From Squalus acanthias (taxonomy: Eukaryota): a stretch of 64,000 bases of DNA. The notes beneath the pieces were generated by a model that searched no databases, had not been told where the DNA came from, and saw only the letters and a program-made list of their open reading frames with translations. Shown here one piece after another: positions 12,239 to 24,589 of this stretch. The stretch spans positions 146,508,001-146,572,000 of the forward strand of contig CM059432.1 of assembly GCA_030390025.1 (NCBI GenBank), read 5' to 3'. Made by a program: the position numbers and the translations under genes. How positions within the stretch are numbered: the stretch's first letter is position 1; every line of letters starts with the position of its first letter.

Positions 12239-13047
12239 GGGTGCGATCTTGCCAGCCCTGGGGAGGCAGGTATGGAGGCAGGACTGCCGGGAAAATGGCA
12301 GAATTTGGGGGCGGGTGCCCAACCCGCCTCCATGCCATCTTGCCAGGAGGCGGGTAGCCGTCCCGCGCCGGGCCCCGTCTCCTTGGAGGCGGGAAGGGGA
12401 TTACAGCCACTTAACTAAAATAGGATTATGCCCTTTTTGCCCACACAAGTGCGGGCTTCCCGAAGGCTCCGAACCCTGCCAGGGTCACCGAAGCGAGTAG
12501 TGGGTCTGCGGGGGTCTGCGGGGTCCAAAAGTGTGCTGTGGAGGTGAGTGATGGGTGCAAGTGTGAAGAGGTGAGTATCTGAGGTAAGTGCAACGTGTTA
12601 GAAAAAGTGTACTTACCTTTGTTTCTTCCTGCAGGCTTCAGTCGGTGGGTATGCGGAGAGTTTCGCACCTCTGCGGTAGAGATGACAGATGGCCGTTGCA
12701 TTCTCCAATGCAACAACCATCTAATTTCTGCAAAAGAAAGAAGTTTGATGAGGTCTTGAATTCAAGAACTCATCAAACTACAGAGAATGTCAGTGTTTGA
12801 CAGCTTCACAGAGCTGTCAAACGATGTCATTTCATCTGTCAAAAGTTTTTGACAGATGAAACGTCCTACGTTGACGTTCTCTGTCACCGGCTTCCCCTTA
12901 ATTGGCCTGCTGAGCCCACTGGGCGGGCCTAACAAGGTCAATCAAGGGAAAATAGCGTGGGTTGGCCAGAAGTTGATGGAGGCGGGACTGAAACCCGACA
13001 AGTGGGAGTTCCGCCTCCAAAAGCTTCCCATTGGCAAAATCACCCCC
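12239..13047. mobile_element. Harbinger-type MITE, family C
   Basis: Imperfect TIR GGGTGCGATCTTGCC vs GGGGGTGATTTTGCC (12/15) and TSD TTG/TTG. Homologous in inverse orientation to 39660-40528. Confidence 0.75.
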
Positions 13048-14425
13048 TTGATTACTTAACAGGGTTTGGACTAATCTGACTGAGGTCACTCCTGCTGCAG
13101 AGTACAGCTCGCTGTCAACAACTCATCCTAACTGAGGAGGTAATGATGCACAGCTTTTATGATATTTATGGCAAGGAATGAGCTACTGGCTTCCTGGGCC
13201 CATTTAAAGTGTGGGGAAAGGATGACCGGTTTATTATCCACACTACTAAAAGACCCAGGGAGCCAGTGTCTTTGTTTAGTGAACATGGTCATGTTTGTGC
13301 CAAATGGTTAGAATGGGATTACTCGTCTGTTATTGCAGTGCGGTGTAAAGGTACAACATGGCACAAGCCTACATAGATATTAAATGATTGCATTACCATT
13401 TCATGAAGCTTTACCTCCACTTTTTATTAATTTGTGTAAAAATCATATCATTTGGCTGGTCTCATTTGGCTAAGCTGCACAGATCCATTTGGAGTCATCT
13501 CTTCACCTGTGCAGATTGAGGTCAATTTTCTCCCACTCCCCCCACCTGAAGTCCACACCACCTGATGTAAGCTGAACCTGTCTGAATTTCCAAAGTTCAG
13601 GTCATTAGTATTGCCCCAACGTTCTCCAGACAGAGGCTGGCACCTGCGCCCAGAATCAGGAGAGGAAATCAGAAGTTGCAGCAATGGTAATGAGAGGCTA
13701 ACTGCTGGGCCTTCTGGCCATTGTCTAATAACAACAGGCACAAGGCTTGGAGGCCGCAACATGCTCAAGTGTATCTGCAAAAAAAAAACCTTATATTGTT
13801 CCTGGTTCCATCACGTGCTGCCTGTTGCTCCCAGATGCTTGGATCTGAGTGGGGTGCAAGGTTTAAGTCCCACTTCTTCTGAGCATCATTCGAAATAAAC
13901 ATCTGCGTGCCATTGGGGAAGGAAAGTCCCACATCATTTGCATGGGTTTAGAATGCTTACACCCACTCCCGGCACAAGGGGGGTAACATGGACATTGTGC
14001 GATAGTATAAAACGGGTGATAGCGAATCGGCAGCCTATTGTACATTTCCATTGACACACCTAACTGGGAGAGGTGTGAAACGGGTGGCCAATCCACCATC
14101 ACCTATTCTACATTATCGCCAAGAGTCAAAACTAACCCAAGGGCTCTGCACCTTTTGGAGGAAAGCCAGGAAATCCCAGGACGACAAAAAGGGGGCGGAT
14201 ATCTGGTGTCACAGGTCTCCACATTGCGTCTACAACATGCTTTGTTCTTGGTTGGATATTATTCTTGATGTTATTTAGAAGAATTACCATTGGAACAGGA
14301 TGTTAGTTTCATTGATTCACTCCATTGTCCTGTAATGTGTCAAAGCTAAATCAACAAGCCAATCAGCACATTGGCTTGTGTTGTGCATTGCTGACTTGGG
14401 CATTTTCTATAATCGTGGAAACGTT

Positions 14426-16197
14426 GGGCCAAAAATTGCAGTCGGCGGCATAGCTATGGAGTACGCCGCCGACCTACAAAAAGAATACGTACTTACCTTG
14501 TGCGAGGCCCAGAACGGAGACTTGCTGTTCGGCGCTGCAGAGCTGTGTGCAGTGTATGACATCACGAAGGCCAGGAGCGCAGCGTACAGCCTGTGCGTAA
14601 GGGAAGACACGCCCACCAAATCTGTCAAAACTAAGCCACGCCCACAGAAACTTCTTTCAGTCTCCTCCATTGAAATTACATTTTAAAATCTTCTAAAACC
14701 TTCTAATTAAACTGGTACTTGGACTTATTTCATATATCAGCATTTTTTTTCATCCAAACTCACAATGTATTAGTCCCTATCTATACAACTTCCTTTTTTG
14801 ATACTCAGGAAAAGGTCTAACAATGTTTAGTATCTCCTACAAGTAATGTTGTTGAACTTCAGAAAGAGATTCCCAGCCATATATTCAATGTTAATTTTCA
14901 GGATTAAAATATATTATTCAGACCTCATTTAGATTGGTAATAGATAAATCTATTTTCCTTGTTATAGATGCATTATATTGTTTGTTATGTTGTTCATTTT
15001 TGACTTTAAAGGACAGATTTGGTCACTGAAATCCAATAAATGTTCACTTTATTTAACTTTCTTATTCAACTTCCCAAGTAATTAAAATGAATACTTTCTA
15101 TCTGCCTGGCCTTCAGTTTCTAAAGGATATTTTCTCATGAGCAATCAATTTAATTTGCAGAATTGAACTCAAAGTAAAAGAGAGTATGCTCAATAGTGTG
15201 TTAACATGAAACTTGCAAAAATAACTAAAACAATCTTTAACAACTGTTCGATTGTACGATTTGGATGCGTGCTCTCCGTTTAATGATATAAAACTAAAGT
15301 ACAGGAAAGATAACATCCTCTCGCTACACACTGTTGAAACAAAAACTGGAAGTTATCCTTGAAATCTTGAATTGATTTCTACTTAAAGGTCTGTTTAAAG
15401 TCAAACATTGTGAGGGCACGCACTGCGCTGTGAGAAGCGTGTTTTTGACTTTAGGAGATGTTTATATCCAGGTTATTTAAATGTTTATTTTGAGCTGGTG
15501 TACGTCTCTCTCACATACACATATAAAAAGCACCAATTTATATTGAATGTCAAGCTGGAAAAATGGAAACCTTTCTATTGTAGTGTGAGATGTTTGCTGG
15601 TTTTGAGGATTGGGTGTCAGTACTGAACCGTGTCTCACTTTATATGCTTTCAATTGAAAGGCACGGCCGTTTGAACCTTAATCGACCAACAAAGAAAGTT
15701 TCCTCCACCAAAACGTACACGTCGATTTTCTTTTAAGATGTGAAATAGGCTCCTGCGCCTGCTTTCACTAACCAGAACATTTTTGGACATAATTGCTGGG
15801 CAGTTGGTGGGCGAATAGTCCAACTGCCCCAGAGAGCCGTGGAGGCTGGGTCATTAAATACATTTAAGGTGGAGATAGACAGATTTTTGCAAGATATAGG
15901 GAGCGGGCGGGGAAGTGGCTTTGAGCCCAAGATCAGCCATGATCTTACTGAATGGCGGAGCAGGCTCGAGGGGCCGAGTGGCCTATTCCTGCTCCTATTT
16001 CTTATGTTCTTATTAACTCTTCATCAGCAATTGTGATTTCCAAGGCGGTGCGGATGATCTGTCATGGCGTACCTTGATAAGATCGCAAGTTCAGGATTTA
16101 GCGCATGCGGAAATCCCGAACTTGCGGTATATTTCAAAGGCGGTATGACGACGTACTCTCAGAGTATGCCGTCATATCCACCGCAAAAATATGGGCC
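14426..16197. mobile_element. Possible Harbinger-type non-autonomous element (family D ends) enclosing AT-rich DNA
   Basis: Inward-facing termini GGGCCAAAAATTGC and GCAAAAATATGGGCC, each followed by a GTAC-containing hairpin. Flanks GTT/ATT. Confidence 0.45.
15818..16012 (+). mobile_element. CR1 3' end
   Basis: VEAGSLNTFKVEIDRFL followed by the 3' UTR and a TTCTTATG tail. Confidence 0.8.
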
Positions 16198-16564
16198 ATT
16201 ATTGTTTGCTGTAAAAAGTGCACCATTCAAATTTTAAAGCATGAAACAAACTCAACTGACCTGGCCGTTAAAAGTTCCATACAAACAATTTAATTCTTAT
16301 CAATTTCTGCGCACAGCTCTGGCCAAGATGAAGATGCTCCAATCTCTTCCTTGTCAGTACACAGCGATATTTAAAACCAGCTGGGACATTCTGAATATAG
16401 TTGTGTTTGTTCAGACTGTTCTACTCTGCAAAGTGTAAAATGTAAAAGTATTACACAAAACCCGCATTGCTGTAGAAATGTGAAGTGAGAAAGTGACTTC
16501 AAGGTAATATGCAAAATGCCCTATTATTCAAAGAATTAAATCTACATCTCATAAGTAATTGACT

Positions 16565-17101
16565 TGCCTCAGCTGGAGTATTGTGTCCAATTCTGGGCAA
16601 CACACTTTAGGAAGGATGTCAAGGCCTTGGAGAGGGTGCGGAGGAGATTTACTAGAATGGTACCGGGGATGAGGGACGTCAGTTATGTAGGGAGATTGGA
16701 GAAGCTGGGATTGTTCTCTTTAGAGCAGAGAAGGTTAAAGGGAGATTTAATAGAGGCCTTGAGGGGTTTTGATAGAGTAGATCGGGAGAAACTGTTTCAA
16801 CTGGCAGGAGGGTCGGTAACCAGAGGACACAGATTCAAGATAATTGGCAAAAGAACCAGAGGAGAAATGAGGAGAAAGTTTTTATGCAGCGAGTTGTTTG
16901 GATCTGGAATGCACTGCCTGAAAGGGTGTTGGAAGCAGATTCAATAATAGCTTTCAGAAAAAAATTGGATAAATACTTGAAAAGGAGAAATTTGCAGAGA
17001 AAAGAGCAGGGGAGTGGGACTAATTGGATAGCAGTTTCAAAAAGCCAGCACAGGCACAGTGGGCAGAATCGTCTCCTTCTGTGCTGTATTATTCTATGAT
17101 T
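16565..17101 (+). mobile_element. CR1 3' fragment
   Basis: ORF 16564..16947 (PQLEYCVQFW, TRGH) and ATTCTATG tail. Confidence 0.88.
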
Positions 17102-17213
17102 CCAATTCAATAAGTGGCAACTTGTGAGATGCTACTGGGAGAATAGAGCATGAAAGCTGCCAGATTATCCTGGTTTGCTACTGTCCTTTAGAGAAGGAAA
17201 CCTGGAATCCCTA

Positions 17214-17760
17214 ATAACAGAGAATGCTGGAAATACTCAGCAGGTCAGGTAGCATCTGTGGAGAGAGAAACAGTTAACGGTTCAGGTCGATGACCTTTCA
17301 GCAGAACTGGAAGAAGTTAGAGATGTAACAGGTTCTAAGCAGGTACACAGGCAGGGAAAGAAGAGAAGAGAAGGGGAGGAAAGAACAAAAGGGAAGGTCT
17401 GTGATAGGGTGGAAGGCAGGAGAGATTAAGTGACAAAAGGGACGATGGTGCAAGGCAAAAGGAGACGGGACAAGTAAAGAAAGATGGGTCGAGAGGAGGT
17501 GTAAAGGGGAATATCAGAATCACCAGCAACAGCTGCCGTCCGAAAAAATGGGGGCAGAGGTTATGGTCTGAAATTGTTGAACTCAATGTTGAATCCGGAA
17601 GGCTGTAAAGTACCTAATTGAAATATGAGGTGCTGTTCCTCGAGCTTACGTTGAGCTTCATTGGAACAATGTAGGAGGCCGTAGACAGAGAGGTCAGAAT
17701 GGGAGTGGGGCGGAGGATTAATATGACATGCAACCGGAAGCTCGGGGTCACGTTTGCGAA
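17214..17760 (-). mobile_element. Penelope-like element 3' fragment (GIY-YIG endonuclease C-terminus and pLTR) inserted into a SINE-body fragment
   Basis: Minus strand reads RKRDPELPVACHINPPPHSHSDLSVYGLLHCSNEAQRKLEEQHLIFQLGTLQPSGFNIEFNNF. 12-bp TSD CTGGAATCCCTA at 17202-17213 / 17761-17772. Confidence 0.85.
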
Positions 17761-18975
17761 CTGGAATCCCTACCCAGTCTGACCTGCAAGTGAAAGCAGT
17801 CCTACACTATATGGTTACATATAAATTGGTCAGAAACATGTGCTGGGCTCAGTTTTTACGGCTCCTTCTGCAGGCCTAACCAGCAGTCCTCAGAGGACCA
17901 CTGAAGGCCACCAACGGAAAGGTAAATGTTTTCTTTTTAAGTTACCTTTATGTGAAGCCAGGAGGAGCAGTAGTGCTGTTTCCCCCCACCCCCGTCCTGT
18001 TCGCCTCCCCCCCACCCGCCCCAAGGACCAATGTGAAGTCCACTGCCAGTGGGCCCACCTTGGTGCAGAGCAAAGCTGCCTCAGGAGGCCTGACAGGTGA
18101 CAGAATTATTCAGACGTTACTCAAAGCTCAATTTTGGATGTGCGAGTACGCCGACCATTTTGGCCTCCAAAACAGGCCTAAACAAATTTCTCCTCCACTG
18201 AACCTAAACCAATTCCCCACGCTTTCACCGAGACACTCGCTTCTTCAACTCTACCAGATGAGACCCAAGGCCCAATTTCAGACAAGCCTCGAGCTTCCGG
18301 CACCTGGCCCATGCGGCGAGCGCGCCGACCACTCAGGCGCGAGAAAGCGCCTAAACAAATTTCTGTCCCATTTAGTCACAGTTTTGCTTCCTGTTATCAT
18401 TTAATTTGTGGCAAGATAGCCACTGAGACCTTTGCAGATGAATACAAATAAGCATTAAGGTTAATCCGGTACAGCTGTTGAAATGTCATTTGAATGGTTT
18501 TTAAAAGAATCTTTATACTGCAAAATAATGGGGCAAACATTGGAGGACCAATTTCAGGGACCAAAGGATGCCTGAAAGACATCTGACCCGAAATTGGAGC
18601 GTGATAGGTGGAGCATGGGATGGGCTGCGGCCACCAACAAAAGGTAGGTGTTCAAATAAAAATTCAACAATTGTTCCTGTGGAGACAAGAGGAGCAGGAG
18701 TACACACCCAATTCCACAGTAGCCATTCCACCTGCATCCCCACCCACTTCCCGGGACTTACCTTTGGGTCTCTGCTGGTGAGACAAGTGGGTTGCCATTG
18801 ATCATTTAAAAATGAGCGAGGTGCCTGTGGAGGAGTGCCAGGCACTGGCGGCTCACCCAAATAATGTTAGCCCGGTCTGATGCCCAATTTTGGGCCAGCC
18901 TTGGGCCTCCTGGTTCATGCACGTGCACCCTGTGCCTGAAAACACTGCTCATAAGAAATCAATGCTTAATCGTAG

Positions 18976-19322
18976 TGTCAGCTGTGGCTCAGTGGGTAGC
19001 ACTCTCGCCTCTGAGTCAGAAGGTTGTGGGTTCAAATCTCCGGTGGACGTAAAAGATCCCGTGGCACTATTTCGAAGAAGAGTAGGGGAGTTATCCCCGG
19101 TGTCCTGGCCAATATTTCTCCCTCAACTAACATAACAAAAACGGATTATCTGGTCATTATCACATTGCTGTTTGTGAGAGTTTGCTGTGTGCAAATTGGC
19201 TGCTGCGTTTCCCACATTACAACAGTGACTACATTTGGAAAAAGTACTTAATTGGCTGTAAAGTGCTTTGAGACGTCCGGTGGTCATGAAAGACGCTATA
19301 TAAATGCAAGTCTTTCTTTCTT
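18976..19322 (+). mobile_element. tRNA-derived SINE (Deu-SINE/SacSINE1-like, internally deleted) with L2-type 3' tail
   Basis: A box TGGCTCAGTGG and B box GGTTCAAATC. The 3' end CGCTATATAAATGCAAGT is shared with L2. A homologue with more of the central domain lies at 52090-52437. Confidence 0.82.
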
Positions 19323-21112
19323 ACCAATGCTGTAATATGACAATGGTCAGAAATAAACAGTGATTTAATGATACCCTAGTGCCTTACAAAGCATCGCGAG
19401 CGGCCCGAGGAGTTTAAAAAGAGCGAGGCAGAGCTGGCTGTAAGTAAGTAAATAAATATTCAGAGTAATTAATTACTAATTAATTTAAAATAAATCCATC
19501 TAATAAATATAATCTAGACCTCAAGTGATTCTATTACTACTAGAAATAAATTACAGTTAACAATGAATAAAGAAATATTCAAAATGTCAGTACAGGCAGT
19601 GTGGCAGGACTGTAGTATGTGAGAATTTGTGGACAGCGAGATTATCCCACATGACCACACCTGTAGGAAATGTTTCTATCTTGAGACACTCCAGCTCAGA
19701 GTCATTGAACCGAAGTGTGAGTTATAGACACTCCAACACATAAGGGAGCAGGAGGAATATCGATATTTTACTCCAGAGTACAGTTACATCTCAGAGTAAA
19801 GCACAGATGCTGGAAGGGGAGTGTGTGATTGTCAGTCAGCAAGGTAGCAAGAACCTAGGGGAGGCAGAGAAGGCGGTCCCACAGCCACTGGCCCTGTCCA
19901 ACAGGTACGATGTACTTGCTACCTATAAGGATAAGGATGTAGGCTGCAAGGAGGATGGCACCGTGGAGCAGGAGGCAGTCCATGAGGGGGAGCAAAATAA
20001 AAATAGAAAGGTTGTAGTCATAGGGGATTTGATAATTATGGGATAGTTAGCATCCTCTGCAGTCGCATCTGAGAGTCCAGGAGGTTATGTTGCCGACCTG
20101 GTGCCAGGGTAAAGTATTTCTTGAAGCAACTGGAGAGGAACTTAGAACGGGAGGGGGAGGATCAAGATGTTGTGGTTCACGTCGGGACCAATGGCATAGG
20201 GAAAAAAAGGGAGGAGGTCCAGCTAAGAGAGTATCAGGAGCTCGGAACTAAATTAAAAAGCAGGACCCCATCGGTGGTAATCCTGGGATTACTACCTGAG
20301 CCATATGGTAATTGGCATAGTAATAGACAGATCAGAAAGGTGAATACGTGGCTGAAAGACTGGTGTGGGAAGGAGCGGTTCTATTTCACATGACGCTGGC
20401 ATCAGTACTGGGAAAGGAAGGAGCTGGGATGGGCTGCACCTGAACCAGAATGGGACCAAGGTCCTAGCGGAAAGGATAAATAGGTCTGTAGATAAACTAA
20501 TAGACAGGGTGGGGGGCAGTGGTATCTGGTAGAAATAGCAGTAGCCTGATGATAAAAAAAGTAGGCGATGATAAAACTAAAACCAAGGTAAGGAATAAGG
20601 ATAACGAAAATGGACAGAGGGCCATATAAAATTATAGAACATGAGTACAAAATAACTGTTAAGAATAAAGCGAGAGGAACAACTAATAAAAACAAATGAA
20701 ATTGCCTGTACACAGCATCCAAAACCAAATGGAGGAACTGGGGGCAACAATTCGTAGAGAGGAGTCAGATGTAATAGGGACAACTGAAACATGGTTGCAT
20801 AAAGAACAGGATTGGCAATTAGATTTTGCAGGATGTAACATATTTAGAAAGGATAGGGAAGGAAAAAGTTGGAGGTAGGGGAAACTGCTGATTAGAGATA
20901 GCAGTAGAAAGAAGGACATAACTAATATTAATATAGAAACAGAATGCATATAGATTGAGATAAAGAAAAAGACGGGATTAATTACACTAATGGGGTACAC
21001 CACAAACCATCCAATAGTGGAAGGGAAGTGGAGGGAGAAATATGTCGGCAAATCTATAAAATTAGTAAAAGACACAGAATAATAATCATGAAAGATTTAA
21101 ACTCCCCCAAAT

Positions 21113-21429
21113 CTTCTTCTCTTCTCAGGCAGTCCCTCGGAACCAAGGATGACTTGCTTCCACATTAAAAATGAGTTCTCAGGTGATTGATGAGTCCAAT
21201 GCAGGACCTACGTCACAGGTGGGGCAGACGGTGGTTGAAGGGGTGGGTGGGTGGGGTGCTTGGGTTGACGTGCGCTCCTTGCGCTGCCTGCGCTTGGCTT
21301 CCGCTTGCTCCCGGCGAAGAGATTCAAGGTGTTCGGCACCTTCCCGGATGCTTCTGCTCCACTTTGTGCGGTCTTGGGCCAGGGATTCCCAGGTGTCAGT
21401 GGGCAGAGCAGAGCAGCAGAGCAGCAGTG
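21113..21429 (-). mobile_element. RTE-clade LINE 3' fragment with (AGA)n tail
   Basis: Minus strand encodes ESLAQDRTKWSRSIREGAEHLE and a CPTC..RIGLI..H zinc-finger remnant. 10-bp TSD TCCCCCAAAT at 21103-21112 / 21430-21439. Confidence 0.82.
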
Positions 21430-22243
21430 TCCCCCAAATAAACTAATAAGAAGAGGTAGTGAAAGGGGAAAAGGGAATGAAGTGTTTACAGTGTGTACAG
21501 GATTCCATTCTTCCCCAGTACGTAAGAAGCCTAATAAGAGAGGAATCACTGCTGGATCTAGTAATGGGAAATGAACCAGAGCAGATAAGAGAAGGAAACA
21601 TAGGGGAGCATCTAAGCAATAGTGATCACAACATAATAAGGTTTAAAATAATGTTTGAGAGAGACATAAGTCAGACAAATCCCAAAGTAATAGGTTGGAA
21701 AAAAGCAACCATGAGGTTCTGAGGATAGAACTAGGGAAGGTAAACTGGATAAAAAATATTGACAAACAAAGAGATTAAACAGTAGTGGGAAATATTTTTA
21801 AAAGTGATCAACGGAGTTCAGGAGAAATATATTCCACTAAAACACAAGAACAAACTAACCAATAATGAAACACTATGTATGAATAAAGAGATAAGGGTAA
21901 AATTGAAATTAAAGAAAAAGGCATACACTACATACATAGACAGTAAAGGAGAGGATGGCAAAAGGGAATATGAAGAGAGTAGGAAAGAAGTCAAAAAAAC
22001 AATTAGGAAGGCAAAGAGGAACTACAAAATGAAATTATCAAAGAATATAAAAAGAAATAGTAAAATATTCTACAGACACATAAATAACTTGAGGAAAATT
22101 AGGATAGGGATCGGGCCACTAAGAAATGCACAAGATAAACTCACAGGCAATGACAGTGAAATGGTAGGAATATTGAATAGTTACTTTGCCTCAGTATTTA
22201 CCATGGTGGACATGACCTTAGAAGAAGAGATCAAAAAGGATAT

Positions 22244-22712
22244 TGTAAGCTGGTGACCAGCGTACAAAAGCCAGAGTCCAGACGGCAAGGTTTCGTGCAA
22301 AGGTTACATTTATTAAACCTAAACATTAACTAATAGTAACTTTATTAAAGGTAACGGTAACAGTATTATAACAGTAAGCAATTATAAAAACCCTGGATCA
22401 TGAGCTGATCTGACCCCAACTTCCAGCGGTAAGGACTCCCTGAGAGCTCTAAAGACCCCTGACCACTAGCCCTATATACTCCATATGCCAGGGTCTAGTC
22501 ACATACACCCTGGCCTTGTCCCTGACAGTATCCTGTTGTTCCCGATCTGTTATCTGTCTGGTTCTTGCAATGGCAAGCTCAGCTTGTTCCCAAACAGAAA
22601 CCTGCCGTGCTGCTCAGCTAGTATGTCAAGAGGACAAGGACGCTGTAACTTGTCATAAATAGGCAGGGCTTGATGGGGAAATGATCAACTAGAAATAGTC
22701 AACTATCTTGCA
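22244..22712 (-). mobile_element. Solo LTR (469 bp)
   Basis: TG...CA ends (TGTAAG / CTTGCA) and perfect 5-bp TSD GATAT (22239-22243 / 22713-22717). On the minus strand: TATATA near 22475 and AATAAA near 22310. Confidence 0.88.
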
Positions 22713-22720
22713 GATATCAA

Positions 22721-23412
22721 GGGCGAAAAATTTGGTTGCTTTGCGCCTCCTGTTAGCGCCCGAAGAAGGCGCTAACGGGGCGCAAAGCAACTAGCGCCTG
22801 GGCGCGGTGCCGCTAACGCCTCCCGCGAAATTCAGCGGGAGGTTAGCGGCGGCAGTAACTGTTAGCGCCCCGTGTTGCTGCGCCGCCGGCGATGACATCA
22901 TCGGCGTGTGCAGCGCATCGCTCGCGCCCCGGCCGCAATCTTCAGTAGCGTCCTCTGACTTACCACCGGACGCTATGTCCAACGGGGTCAGGGGGGCCTA
23001 CCTGTGGCTGGGGCAGCTCTAATTAAAGGCGAGGTGCCGGGCGGCCATTTTTGTTGCTGGCCGCCTGCCAGCACCTGCCCCCATTGCCATCCCCGGCCTC
23101 CTGACCAGCCCCCCCCCCACCCCGCAGAGTGCCAGCTGCACTGCGTGAGCCCAGCACTTCTCTTGAGTGCCGGGCTCTTTTGCCGGCACTCCGATCCCTG
23201 GTGGCCCAGCTGGGCCCCGGGTTGCGCTGCGCAAGGCCCCTCCCTCACAGCGCCCCAAGAGGGATATGGGGTGCTTCCAGTAGTGCCCTGCTTCCCTCTT
23301 GGGGCGTCACCGATGAATTTCGGCCGCAGGGGCGCTAATTTTTTCAGGGCCCTAAAAGTAGCGCCCCGGCGAAGTTAGCGCCCCAAAGGGGGCGTGACCC
23401 AATTTTTCCCCA
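22721..23412. mobile_element. Harbinger-type MITE related to family A
   Basis: TIR GGGCGAAAAATTTGGT vs TGGGGAAAAATTGGGT and TSD CAA (22718-22720 / 23413-23415). Many GGCGCTA motifs. CR1 resumes after it. Confidence 0.85.
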
Positions 23413-23877
23413 CAAAACATTTAAGATAGAAAGGAAGAAGATAATTGATAAACTAGACAAACTTAAAGAGGATAAAACCCCTGGTCCAAATGGATTGCAT
23501 CTGCGCATATTAAAAGAAGTTAGGGAAGAGATAGCAAAGGCATAATACATATATATAAAAATTCAATAGGAAAGGGAATAGTGCCAGAGGAATGGCGGAC
23601 AGCTGATGCTATTCCTACATTTCAAAAGGGAGATAGAACAAATCCAGGGAACAATAGATCAGTTAGCTTAATGTCAGTGGTAGGAAAGATAATGGGATCT
23701 TTACTCAAAGCTGAAATAGAAAATATCTATCAACCGAAAATATAATAAAGAATAGTCAGCACGGATTTCAAAAGGGAATGTCATGCTTGACCAAACTTAT
23801 TGAAATTTTTGAAGAAGTAACAGAAACCATAGACAAGGGTAATGCAGTGGATGTAGTAGACATGGATTTTTAAATGA

Positions 23878-24175
23878 TGCGGAGATGCCGGCGTTGGACT
23901 GGGGTGGACAAAAATGAGAAGTCGCACAACACCAGGTTATAGTCCAACAGATTTATTTATAATTACAAGCTTTCGGAGCTGTCGCCCCTTCCTCAGGTAA
24001 AGTTACAATGAGTGAATCTACAATATTTCACAGTATATAAACACAGAAACTGCAGAGATACAATCTTTCAGGGAAGGTGTCCTTACATCAAAGACACACC
24101 AAGAGCACAGCCAAGACAATGAGATGTGTCACAGGGGGTCCAACGTGTTAAATCCTGCTGTCTGCAGTTTTTTTT
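23878..24175 (-). mobile_element. Penelope-like pLTR insert flanked by a 39-bp direct repeat
   Basis: GTAATGCAGTGGATGTAGTAGACATGGATTTTTAAATGA occurs at 23839-23877 and 24176-24214. The insert contains a hammerhead motif. Confidence 0.65.
23963..24000 (-). ncRNA. Minimal type I hammerhead ribozyme motif
   Basis: Minus-strand RNA: UUAC-CUGAGGA-A-GGGGC-GACA-GCUCC-GAA-AGCU-U-GUAA. CUGANGA and GAAA cores, stems I and II paired, palindromic stem III. Confidence 0.75.
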
Positions 24176-24589
24176 GTAATGCAGTGGATGTAGTAGACAT
24201 GGATTTTTAAATGACGCTACAGAACATGACTCAACATCGTTGTCTGTCTTTCCAGTTTTTAAAAAAAAACACAAAAAAAACAAACACAAAAAAAAACACA
24301 AAAAAAAACTGCAGGTAAGTTTGCATTTAAACTCTTGGATTATTTTTTGGGATTTTATTGAAGTAGTGGCTTGCTGCAATAAATGTTAAATGTTTTTTAA
24401 GTGTGTAGGGAGTGCTGCTGGATGCTTGCAAGGCTTTGGATGGTAAACAAAGGCCTCTGAGAAGACAGAACATGCTGCAAATACTCAACAACATCCGTGG
24501 AGAGAGAAACAGAGTTCACGTCTCAGGTCGAGATGCTGCCCAACAGCTGAGTATTTCCAACATTTGTTGCTGTCATTTCAGATTTCCAA

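Larger units (their letters stand above)
19390..23877 (+). mobile_element. Near full-length, heavily decayed CR1 LINE (ORF1 Cys-rich and esterase, APE, RT N-terminus) hosting an RTE, a solo LTR and a MITE
   Basis: ORFs 19807 (LSNRYDVL), 20121 (VHVGTN), 20696 (TETWL), 21459 (LDLV, SDH), 21804. RT motifs at 23460-23870. Confidence 0.85.

Noticed and set aside
18976..19045. tRNA gene
   Set aside because: It has A and B boxes but no full cloverleaf, and it continues into a SINE body with an L2-type tail.
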